Shown here piece by piece: positions 18,750-27,209 of a stretch of 64,000 nt of DNA. The notes beneath the pieces are model-generated. The model worked only from the letters and a program-made list of their open reading frames with translations. It ran no database searches and was not told the origin of the DNA. Both the position numbers and the translations under genes were made by a program. Source of the stretch: an uncultured Gemmatimonadales bacterium. Lineage in GTDB: Bacteria > Gemmatimonadota > Gemmatimonadetes > Longimicrobiales > RSA9. The stretch lies in NCBI GenBank assembly GCA_963741945.1, contig CAVUKA010000006.1:32001-96000 (forward strand). The letters run 5' to 3'. How positions within the stretch are numbered: position 1 is the first letter of the stretch; each line of letters starts with the position of its first letter.

Positions 18750-21700
18750 AGACGAACGGCGATGGGGGCGCGATCACGGGAGGACAGCGGCAGGCCGCCC
18801 GGTCCGATGCCGGCACCGCGGCGGACGGGATCCGGTTCACCCTGGACGGGCGCGAGATCGACGCGCTGCCGGACGAGAGCATCCTTCAGGCTGCCGAGCG
18901 CCACGGCGTGGCGGTGCCGCACCTCTGTTACACGGAGGGGATGCGGGTGGACGGGAACTGCCGGGCGTGCGTGGTGGAGATCGAGGGCGAGAGGGTGCTG
19001 GCCCCGTCGTGCCATCGCAAGCCCGCACCCGGCATGAAGGTCCACACCGCCAGTGAGCGGGCGCGCGCTTCGCAGAGGATGGTGCTCGAGCTGCTGCGCA
19101 GTGACATGCCGGACGAGCAGTACCGCGCCGATTCCGAGCTCGCGCTCTGGGTCGACCACCTGGACGTGGGAAGCGGCCGGTTCCCCCGCCGCCGACAGCC
19201 AGCGCCCGACGCGTCACACCCGGCCATTCTCGTGCGGCTGGACGCGTGCATCCAGTGCACCCGCTGCGTCCGTGCCTGCCGCGAAGTGCAGGTGAACGAC
19301 GTCATCGGCTATGCCGCCCGCGGCGCCGACGCCCACATCGTGTTCGACTTCGGCGACCCCATGGGCACCAGCACGTGCGTGGCATGCGGCGAGTGCGTGC
19401 AGGCGTGCCCCACGGGTGCGCTCATGCCGAAGAGCATCGTGGAGCCGGAGGCCGTGCTGTTCCCTGCGGACGAAGCGCTCTATGCCCCGGTCATGGCGGG
19501 GCCCGCGTCGCGCGAGGAAGAGGCCGTGGTGGCCGGAGCAGGGGTGGGCGACGGCGTGAACAGCGTCCCATCGCTCTGTCCGTACTGCGGCGTGGGCTGT
19601 CAGGTCACGTACCACGAGAAGGGCGGCCGCATCACCCACGTCACGGGGCGCGAGGGGCCGGCCAACCTGGGGCGCCTGTGCGTGAAGGGGCGGTTCGGGT
19701 TCGACTACGTGCACAACCGCCAGCGGCTGAGAAAGCCGCTGATCCGGCGCGAGGGCGTTCGCAAGCGCGCGGACGTGCTGGTGGACCCGACGGACTGGTC
19801 GAGCACGTTCCGCGAGGCGACGTGGGAGGAAGCGCTGGACGTGGCCGGGTCTGGGCTGAGGAGGATCCTGGACGAGCACGGCGGACAGGCGCTGGCGGGT
19901 TTCGGCTCGGCGAAGGGGAGCAACGAGGAGGCCTACCTCTTCCAGAAGCTCATCCGAGCGGGCTTCGGCACGAACAACGTGGACCACTGCACGCGGCTCT
20001 GCCACGCGTCGTCCGTCGCGGCGCTCATGGAGATGATCGGGTCGGGCGCGGTGTCGAACCCGTTCGCGGACGTGCAGTACTCCGATGTGTTCATCGTGAT
20101 CGGGTCGAACCCCACCGTGAACCACCCCGTGGCGGCCACGCTCATGAAGAACGCGGTGCAGCGAGGCGCCCGGCTGATCCACATGGATCCGCGCGCCACC
20201 GAGATCTCGCGCTTCGCGACGCACGCGTTCCAGTTCAATCCGGGCACCGACGTGGCGCTCCTCAACGCCATGCTCCACACCATCGTGGAAGAAGACCTGG
20301 TCGATCGGGACTTCATCGACACGCGCACGGACGGCTGGGACGCGTTCCGGGCCAACCTCACGGCGTACGCGCCGGAGGTCATGGAGCCGATCTGCGGGAT
20401 CCCGGCGGACGAGATCCGGGCCGCGGCCAGGCGTTACGCCACTGCGGACGCGGCCATGATCTTCTGGGGCATGGGCGTGGCCCAGCACACGCACGGCACC
20501 AACAACGCCCGCTGCCTCATCAACCTCGCGCTGATCACCGGACAGGTGGGGCGCCGAGGCGCGGGACTCCACCCGCTGCGCGGGCAGAACAACGTGCAGG
20601 GCGCTTCGGACATGGGGCTCATCCCCATTGTCTACCCCGACTACCAGAGCGTCACCGATCCGGTGGTGCGAGCCCGGTTCGAGGAGTTCTGGGGACGCGA
20701 GCTCGACCCGGACGTGGGCCTCACCGTGGTCGAGATCATGAACGCCGCGCTCCGCCGGGAGATCCGTGGCATGTACATCATGGGGGAGAACCCCGCCATG
20801 TCGGATCCGGACCTGGCGCACGTCCGCGAGGCGCTCGCCACCATGGACCACCTCGTGGTGCAGGAGATCTTCCTGACCGAGACCGCGTCGTTCGCCGATG
20901 TGATCCTCCCGGCAACCGCGTTCATGGAGAAGACGGGCACGTTCACGAACTCCGACCGCCGGGTCCAGCTCGGGCGCAAGGTGCTGGACCCGCCCGGAGA
21001 GGCGAAGCAGGACCTGTGGATCATCGAGGAGCTGGGCCGGCGCATCGGCATGGACTGGCAGTACGACGGTCCGGCCAGCGTGTGGGAGGAGATCCGGCAG
21101 TGTGCGCCCAGCATGGCCGGGATCACCTGGGACCGGCTCGAGCGCGAGCAGGCCGTGACCTACCCGTGCCGCAACGTGGGCGACCCCGGCACGGAAGTGC
21201 TCTTCGACGAGCGCTTCCCCACCGGCAACGGGCTGGGACACCTGAAGCCGGTCGACTACACGCCCGCCGCCGAGCTGCCGGACGACGAGTACCCCGACGT
21301 CCTCATCACGGGCCGCATCCTCGAGCACTGGCACACCGGCGCCATGACTCGCCGCGCGGAAGTGCTGGACGCCATCGAGCCCCTGCCCATGGTCTCCATG
21401 AACCCGGGCGACATGCGGGATCGTGGCCTCGAGGCCGCTGACACCGTGACGCTCGAGACTCGACGCGGTCACGTGGCCGCGCTCGTGCGCCTCGACCCGT
21501 CCATCCCCCGTGGCGCCGTGTTCCTCCCCTTCTGCTACGCGGAGGCGCCCGCCAACCTGATGACGAACCCGCAGCTCGACCCGGATGGCAAGATCCCGGA
21601 GTTCAAGTACTGCGCGGTCCGGGTCACGGCCGGGGGAACCGTCCGGCCGGTGGGATTCGCCGCGGCGTCGGTCGGGACCGGCGCCGGCCAGACGGACTAG
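18746..21700 (+). CDS. fdhF: Formate dehydrogenase alpha subunit (Mo/W-bisPGD) with N-terminal Fe-S domains
   Basis: GNCRAC, CIQCTRC, CVACGEC, CPYCGVGC, active-site CTRLCH, RGQNNVQG, TGRILEHWHTG, PEFKYCAV. Confidence 0.96.
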   Translation: MKTNGDGGAITGGQRQAARSDAGTAADGIRFTLDGREIDALPDESILQAAERHGVAVPHLCYTEGMRVDGNCRACVVEIEGERVLAPSCHRKPAPGMKVHTASERARASQRMVLELLRSDMPDEQYRADSELALWVDHLDVGSGRFPRRRQPAPDASHPAILVRLDACIQCTRCVRACREVQVNDVIGYAARGADAHIVFDFGDPMGTSTCVACGECVQACPTGALMPKSIVEPEAVLFPADEALYAPVMAGPASREEEAVVAGAGVGDGVNSVPSLCPYCGVGCQVTYHEKGGRITHVTGREGPANLGRLCVKGRFGFDYVHNRQRLRKPLIRREGVRKRADVLVDPTDWSSTFREATWEEALDVAGSGLRRILDEHGGQALAGFGSAKGSNEEAYLFQKLIRAGFGTNNVDHCTRLCHASSVAALMEMIGSGAVSNPFADVQYSDVFIVIGSNPTVNHPVAATLMKNAVQRGARLIHMDPRATEISRFATHAFQFNPGTDVALLNAMLHTIVEEDLVDRDFIDTRTDGWDAFRANLTAYAPEVMEPICGIPADEIRAAARRYATADAAMIFWGMGVAQHTHGTNNARCLINLALITGQVGRRGAGLHPLRGQNNVQGASDMGLIPIVYPDYQSVTDPVVRARFEEFWGRELDPDVGLTVVEIMNAALRREIRGMYIMGENPAMSDPDLAHVREALATMDHLVVQEIFLTETASFADVILPATAFMEKTGTFTNSDRRVQLGRKVLDPPGEAKQDLWIIEELGRRIGMDWQYDGPASVWEEIRQCAPSMAGITWDRLEREQAVTYPCRNVGDPGTEVLFDERFPTGNGLGHLKPVDYTPAAELPDDEYPDVLITGRILEHWHTGAMTRRAEVLDAIEPLPMVSMNPGDMRDRGLEAADTVTLETRRGHVAALVRLDPSIPRGAVFLPFCYAEAPANLMTNPQLDPDGKIPEFKYCAVRVTAGGTVRPVGFAAASVGTGAGQTD

Positions 21701-22347
21701 CCCGAGAGGCGGCGCTCGAGCCAGGCCACGGCATCCCGGATCTCGGCCGGCTGGATGCCGTGGCCCATGGCATAGTCCCGCGCTTCCAGGTCGGCGCCCG
21801 CGGCCCGGAGCGCGTCCCGCCCCCGCCGCGCCAGCGACAGCGGGATGGCTGGGTCCGCAGTCCCGTGACCCCAGAAGAACGCGGTGCCCGCCACCGTTGC
21901 GGGGCTCACCGTCACGGTCGGGTGAGCTGGCACGAAGCCGCTGAAGTTCATGACCGCCACCACATCGGCGGGGTGGCTGAGGGCGTAGCCCAGCGCCATG
22001 GCGCCGCCCTGGGAGAACCCCCCCAGGACCACGGGCCCCGGTCGGAAGCCGAGCGTCGCGTCCAGCGCGCCGAGCTGCTGCTCCAGTGACTCCTGTGACG
22101 CGCTGAACGTCGCCGCGTCCGGACGATCCTCGCCCTCGTACCGGTACCACGCCCAGCCCGGGCCGTACCCCCACGGCGCCCCCGGATGCGGCGCCTGTGG
22201 CAGCAGGAGCGCCATGGACGCGGGGAGCCACGGCCGGAGCGCGGCCAGGTCGGAGGCGTCGGCGCCGCGGCCGTGCATCAACACGAGCACCGTCGCGCCG
22301 TCCCCCGCCTCGCCAGCAAGCAGTTGAGTCGTGAGCTCGATTGCCAT
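21697..22347 (-). CDS. Phospholipase/carboxylesterase (alpha/beta hydrolase)
   Basis: MHGRG, GFSQG nucleophile, HGTADP, MGHGI. Confidence 0.92.
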   Translation of the reverse strand: MAIELTTQLLAGEAGDGATVLVLMHGRGADASDLAALRPWLPASMALLLPQAPHPGAPWGYGPGWAWYRYEGEDRPDAATFSASQESLEQQLGALDATLGFRPGPVVLGGFSQGGAMALGYALSHPADVVAVMNFSGFVPAHPTVTVSPATVAGTAFFWGHGTADPAIPLSLARRGRDALRAAGADLEARDYAMGHGIQPAEIRDAVAWLERRLSG

Positions 22348-22359
22348 GGTGCGACGCTA
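22348..22359 (-). promoter_or_regulatory. Putative -10 element directly before a leaderless start
   Basis: TAGCGT-N6-ATG, no SD. Confidence 0.4.
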
Positions 22360-23688
22360 GCCGCCGCCGTGGGCGGCGCCCTCCGTTTCCCGCCCCGTCA
22401 GGTCCGTGAACCGCACGGACGCACCCACGGCCAGGCGCTGGGCCAGGAAGGCGGCATCCCAGTTGGTGAGCCGAACGCAGCCGTGCGAGGTCACGTAGCC
22501 GATGGTTTCCGGCGCTTTCGTGCCGTGGATGCCGTAATGGGGCTTCGACAGCTGCATCCAGACCACGCCGACCGCGTTGTTCGGTCCCCCGGGCAGCATC
22601 GCGTCATCCTTGCTGGGGTCCTCGCCCGTGAGCAGCTTCGGCTGGTAATGCCATTTCGGGTCGAACGTGATCGACTTCACCGTGAAGCTCCCCGACGGGC
22701 TCGGCGCGTAGTTGGAGCCGAGGGTGGACGGGAAGTGGTACAGGAGCTTTCCGTCGGCGCCAAGGGCGTGCACGTAGTGACCGCCGTCGGAGATCACGAG
22801 TCGCGTCACTTCGCCACCACCGTGGTAGGCGCCATCCGGCAGATCCCCCGCGTGGAACGGGCGGACCGCCGGCACCTGGAGCGTCTGTCCCGCTTCGGCC
22901 GAGCTCAGGTCCACACCCGGGTTGAGCTGGCCGAGCAGCGCGGGCGTGCTGTGGAACACTTCGGCCAGCTTCTCCGGCAGGGACTCGTAGCAGAGGCACT
23001 CCTCATCCGCCCGCTGGTAGACATCTTCGGGCAGGTCCACGAACGGACCGGAAACATCGTCCGCCGTCAACTGGTGGGGCTCGACCTGCCGTTCGCCCGC
23101 CTGGCGCAGCAGCGCCTGGAACGTGGCCGAATCCACACTGCCCGTGGCATCCAGGCCGTGGTCCCGCTGGAACCAGTACACCGCTTTCTCGGTGTTCTTC
23201 CCCCACCGCCCGTCGATGATACCGGGGGAGAAGCGGGCCTGATCGAGCATGACCTGGACGCGTGCGACGGCCGGCCCCTCCACGTCACCGCCGATCGGAA
23301 ACGATGCCGGGCGCTCGTTCACCGCCCGGGGCGTGATGTCGTCCCAGACTTCACTGGCGACACCACCAGCGGTGCCCTCGGCCGCCGCCGCCCCGTGCTC
23401 GGGGCTGGTCGTGGAGCCGGCCAAGCCCACGGTGTCGCCGCGAGCGAATGGTCGCCAGGAGGAATCGAGGCGACCCTCCTCGAGCGCGGCGCTGTCGAGG
23501 TCGGGCCCGCCTTCGTCGAATGGATCGGCCACCGCAGTGGCGCGGTCGCCGATCTCCGCGCCGGCCGCCGCGGGCTGGGCCGCGACATTGGCCGATTGCG
23601 GATTGCGGGCGCCGGCGTCGCGGTCGGAGCCGCCGCACGCGGTGGTGATCACGAGCGCTCCGAGGAGCGCGGCGTGTATGTGCTTCAT
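22357..23688 (-). CDS. L,D-transpeptidase (YkuD) lipoprotein with peptidoglycan-binding domain
   Basis: Lipobox-like ITTAC; QVMLD...SPGIIDG...FQRDHGL; YGIHGT...SHGCVRL. Confidence 0.92.
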   Translation of the reverse strand: MKHIHAALLGALVITTACGGSDRDAGARNPQSANVAAQPAAAGAEIGDRATAVADPFDEGGPDLDSAALEEGRLDSSWRPFARGDTVGLAGSTTSPEHGAAAAEGTAGGVASEVWDDITPRAVNERPASFPIGGDVEGPAVARVQVMLDQARFSPGIIDGRWGKNTEKAVYWFQRDHGLDATGSVDSATFQALLRQAGERQVEPHQLTADDVSGPFVDLPEDVYQRADEECLCYESLPEKLAEVFHSTPALLGQLNPGVDLSSAEAGQTLQVPAVRPFHAGDLPDGAYHGGGEVTRLVISDGGHYVHALGADGKLLYHFPSTLGSNYAPSPSGSFTVKSITFDPKWHYQPKLLTGEDPSKDDAMLPGGPNNAVGVVWMQLSKPHYGIHGTKAPETIGYVTSHGCVRLTNWDAAFLAQRLAVGASVRFTDLTGRETEGAAHGGG

Positions 23689-23757
23689 GCTTCCTCTCCC
23701 TGTCGTCTCTGGTTTCGACAGGGAAGGGGGCAATCGGCGTGCCTGTACGCCGCGGGG

Positions 23758-25341
23758 TCAGCTCTGCCCGGTCTTGAGCTTCTCCACGTAGCCGAACAGC
23801 GCCGCCTGGCGCGCACCGCCCTGGCGGATCACGTCCAGGGCGCGGAGCAGTTGGACGTCGTTGTCCACGTCCCGCTCCTTCACATAGGCGTCCCCGAACG
23901 CGAGGCGCCCGACGCGGTCGGTGAGGATGCGATCGATGGAGGAGGAGCCGGCGTCGTAGACGGTGCGGTCGATCTTCACTCCCCGCGCTGTGAGCCGGCG
24001 ATACAGCTCGTCGCGCCACGCCTGCGTCACCTGGAAGTTGCGGTCAACGGTGCCCTTCAGCTCCGAGGCGTAGTCGAACACGGCGCCGTAGAAGTCGGGC
24101 GACGAGGGCGCGAGCGCCTTGAGCAGCGTCTGCTCGGCGGTGGTCAGCGTGTCGGCTTTCACTTCCAGGTCGGGCATGATCCCGCCACCGCCGTAGACGG
24201 TGCGTCCGGCGTCGGAGTGGTACGTGGGCCGCTGGTCGCGTCCGGCCGCGAAATGGGTGGAATCGTCCACCTCGACCAGCCGCCCGTTCTGGAGCACGCG
24301 CTCGCGGTGAATGCTGCGCCCGCTCGGCGTGTACCATTTCCCGGTGGTCATCTTGAGGACGTATCCGCCGTGCACGCGGTACGCCGTCTGGACCAGCCCC
24401 TTCCCGAACGACGTGGTCCCCACGATCACGGCCCGGTCGTGGTCCTGCAGCGCGCCCGCCACGATCTCGGACGCGGACGCGGAGCCGCCGTCCACCAGCA
24501 CGACCAGCGGGAGGTCCGCGGCGATCGGCACGTTGCGGTTCACGTAGTCCGTATCATCGCTCCCGCGCTCCCACTGCCGGGCGATCTCGGACGTCCTCGG
24601 AAGGAAGAGGCCGGCGATATCGACCGCCTGGTCCACGATCCCGCCCCCATTGCCGCGCAGGTCGAGCACGATCCCGCGGGCGCCCTCCTGCACGAGCTGC
24701 TGCACCGATGTCCGCACCTCCTGCGCGGCTGTCTCGTTGAACTGGAGCAGCGGCAGGTATCCCACGTCGTCTCCCAGCATCGTGGCGTACGGCACGGCGG
24801 GGATGCGGACCACGGCCCGCGTGATCTGCGCCCGGATCGGCTCCGGTGTGCCGTAGCGGAGGAAGTTCACGCGCACCACCGTGCCCGGCTCCCCCTTCAG
24901 TGCATTCGCCACCCGGTCCAGCGACCAGGCGCCCACCTCGTCTCCGTCGATGGCCAGGACGTGGTCCCCCACCTGCACGCCAATGCGCTCGGCGGGTGTG
25001 TTGGGGAACACGCGGGCCACCACGGCCGCGCCCTGCTGCGCCTCGATCAGCATGCCCACGCCCGCGTAGTGGCCCTCGTAGGCCACCTCGAACTCTTCCA
25101 TCTCCTCGGGACTGACCAGGTCGGCGTAGGGATCCTCGAGTCGATCGACGAGCCCCTCGGCGGCCCGCTCGTACACGTCGGAGACATCCAGCGTGTCGAC
25201 AAAACGGGTCGAGACGAGCGTGACCACGTCCCGGAAAAGGTTCGGCCCCGTCTGGTCCTTCGGGTCGGGGAGGATGAATCCGCCCAGCCCGAACGCGAAG
25301 GCGATGACTCCGACGAACCCGACCTTCTTCACGTGACGCAT
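23758..25341 (-). CDS. S41 carboxyl-terminal processing protease (PDZ + peptidase)
   Basis: LEDPY, GVGMLI, LDLRGNGGG, SASASEI, SFGKG. Confidence 0.94.
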   Translation of the reverse strand: MRHVKKVGFVGVIAFAFGLGGFILPDPKDQTGPNLFRDVVTLVSTRFVDTLDVSDVYERAAEGLVDRLEDPYADLVSPEEMEEFEVAYEGHYAGVGMLIEAQQGAAVVARVFPNTPAERIGVQVGDHVLAIDGDEVGAWSLDRVANALKGEPGTVVRVNFLRYGTPEPIRAQITRAVVRIPAVPYATMLGDDVGYLPLLQFNETAAQEVRTSVQQLVQEGARGIVLDLRGNGGGIVDQAVDIAGLFLPRTSEIARQWERGSDDTDYVNRNVPIAADLPLVVLVDGGSASASEIVAGALQDHDRAVIVGTTSFGKGLVQTAYRVHGGYVLKMTTGKWYTPSGRSIHRERVLQNGRLVEVDDSTHFAAGRDQRPTYHSDAGRTVYGGGGIMPDLEVKADTLTTAEQTLLKALAPSSPDFYGAVFDYASELKGTVDRNFQVTQAWRDELYRRLTARGVKIDRTVYDAGSSSIDRILTDRVGRLAFGDAYVKERDVDNDVQLLRALDVIRQGGARQAALFGYVEKLKTGQS

Positions 25342-25619
25342 GCGATCCCAAGGATGAGAGTGAAGGACCCCCCATGGCCTAACGCTACTACTCGGCACCG
25401 GCGCCGGCGTTCCGGGAGTCAATGGGGTTCAACAGTTTAAACGCACACGCGCGCGCTTTCCAGCCTCACGCAGTGTGCGACGTTGCGACAGGCCCGGGCC
25501 CGCGGCACGGATCGGCGCCCGCAGGTGCCCCCGCGACGCGTTTGACCGGGCCGCGTCCCCGCCCGACATTACTTTCCAAAAATCTGGCGAAGGAGGCAGA
25601 CGTTCCTACTCGCGACGAG

Positions 25620-27104
25620 ATGATGCGCAGCGGTTCCGGACTCCTGGTCGACATCCCGCCCCGACCCAGCCTCTCCGATTACGAGGGCGTGGCCCACCTC
25701 TCCCCCGCCGTGGCCGCCCTGCGCCAGCGCGCGGCCGGCGCGGCCGAGCGCTTCCGCGGCCGCACGCTCTGGATGATCAACTCCACGGCGCAGGGCGGCG
25801 GCGTGGCCGAGATGCTGCCCACCATGGTCACGCTCCTGGAGGAGCTGGGGATCCGCACGCGCTGGTTCGTCATCGAATCGAGCGAGCCCGACTTCTTCCG
25901 GCTCACCAAGCGCCTCCACAACCTCATCCACGGGGAGGGCGACCCGGACCTGGGCGATGCCGCCCGGCGCCTGTACGAAGGGATCAACGCAGACAACGCC
26001 TGCACCCTGGTGCCGCTGGTCCGCGATGGCGATGTGGTCGTGGTGCACGACCCCCAGCCAATGCCGCTGGGCGAGATGGTGCGCCGGGAGCTCGATGTCC
26101 GCACCATCTGGCGCTGCCACATCGGGCTGGACGTCAGCAACGCGGCCACCGATGCCGCATGGTCGTTCCTGGAGCCGTACGCGCGCCATTACGACGCCGC
26201 CGTCTTCTCCGCGCCCGAGTACGTCCCGGCCTACCTTCGTGATCGCGCGCGCATCATCTACCCGGCCATCGACCCGCTCTCCCAGAAGAACCGGGAGCTC
26301 AACCTGCACACCGTGGTGGGCGTGCTGGCCAACGCCGCACTGACCGTCGCGCCCGGCCCCGTGGTCCAGCCGCCGTTCCCGGACAACGCCCGGAGGCTCC
26401 AGGCGGACGGGCGCTGGTCGCCGGCCGTCCTCCCCGAGGACATCGGCCTGCTCATCCGTCCGATCGTCACCCAGATCTCCCGCTGGGACCGGCTCAAGGG
26501 GTGGCTCCCGCTCCTGCGCGGGTTCGCCGCGCTCAAGGAGCGGATCTACACCAGCCGGAACGACCGGCCGCCGCAAGAGCATCGGCGGCTCCGCCACCTG
26601 CGCCTGGTCATGGCGGGGCCGGACCCCGCGTCGATCCAGGACGACCCTGAAGGGCTGGAAGTGATCGAGGAGCTGCGCGGCGCCTACGTCGCCCTGGATG
26701 ATGAGCTCAGGGGCGATGTCGCGATGCTCGCGCTCCCCATGCAGAACCCGGATCACAACGCGCTCATGGTGAACGCCATCCAGCGCGCGTCGACGGTGGT
26801 CGTCCAGAACTCGCTGCGGGAAGGATTCGGCCTCACCATCACCGAGGCGATGTGGAAGCGCGTGCCGGTGCTGAGCAATCGCCGGGCGGTGGGCCCACGC
26901 CAGCAGATCCGGCACGGCGAGGACGGCTGGCTGATCGATGACCCGGAGGACCCCGACCAGATCGCGGACGCTCTCGACATCCTGCTGAACCAGCGGCACC
27001 AGCGGGCCGCACTGGGGCGCACCGCGCAGCGCCGCGCCCACGATGATTTCATGGTCTTCAGCCAGCTCGGCCGCTGGCTCGACCTCCTCGACGCCATCGG
27101 CTAG
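25620..27104 (+). CDS. treT: GT4 glycosyltransferase, trehalose synthase TreT-like
   Basis: INSTAQGGGVAEML, VHDPQP, WRCHI, QISRWDRLKG, QNSLREGFGLTITEAMWK. Start uncertain. Confidence 0.82.
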   Translation: MMRSGSGLLVDIPPRPSLSDYEGVAHLSPAVAALRQRAAGAAERFRGRTLWMINSTAQGGGVAEMLPTMVTLLEELGIRTRWFVIESSEPDFFRLTKRLHNLIHGEGDPDLGDAARRLYEGINADNACTLVPLVRDGDVVVVHDPQPMPLGEMVRRELDVRTIWRCHIGLDVSNAATDAAWSFLEPYARHYDAAVFSAPEYVPAYLRDRARIIYPAIDPLSQKNRELNLHTVVGVLANAALTVAPGPVVQPPFPDNARRLQADGRWSPAVLPEDIGLLIRPIVTQISRWDRLKGWLPLLRGFAALKERIYTSRNDRPPQEHRRLRHLRLVMAGPDPASIQDDPEGLEVIEELRGAYVALDDELRGDVAMLALPMQNPDHNALMVNAIQRASTVVVQNSLREGFGLTITEAMWKRVPVLSNRRAVGPRQQIRHGEDGWLIDDPEDPDQIADALDILLNQRHQRAALGRTAQRRAHDDFMVFSQLGRWLDLLDAIG

Positions 27105-27209
27105 GCGAGCCGTCAGAGCGCCGGGGGCCGCGGCCCTCGGTTGCCGCCGCGCGTCGGCGCCCCGACATTGCCCACTTGCCCCTCGATTTCCCCCGACAGA
27201 GCACGCCCG

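Noticed and set aside
19970..20010. Selenocysteine recoding in FDH alpha
   Set aside because: The ligand codon is TGC (Cys) and the frame has no internal TGA.
22186..25440. 1084-aa plus-strand ORF, and similar giants such as 19214-22231, 25569-28565, 51350-53752 and 55251-59405
   Set aside because: Antisense shadows of well-supported genes. High GC suppresses stop codons, and the translations are low-complexity Arg/Ala/Gly/Pro with no motifs.
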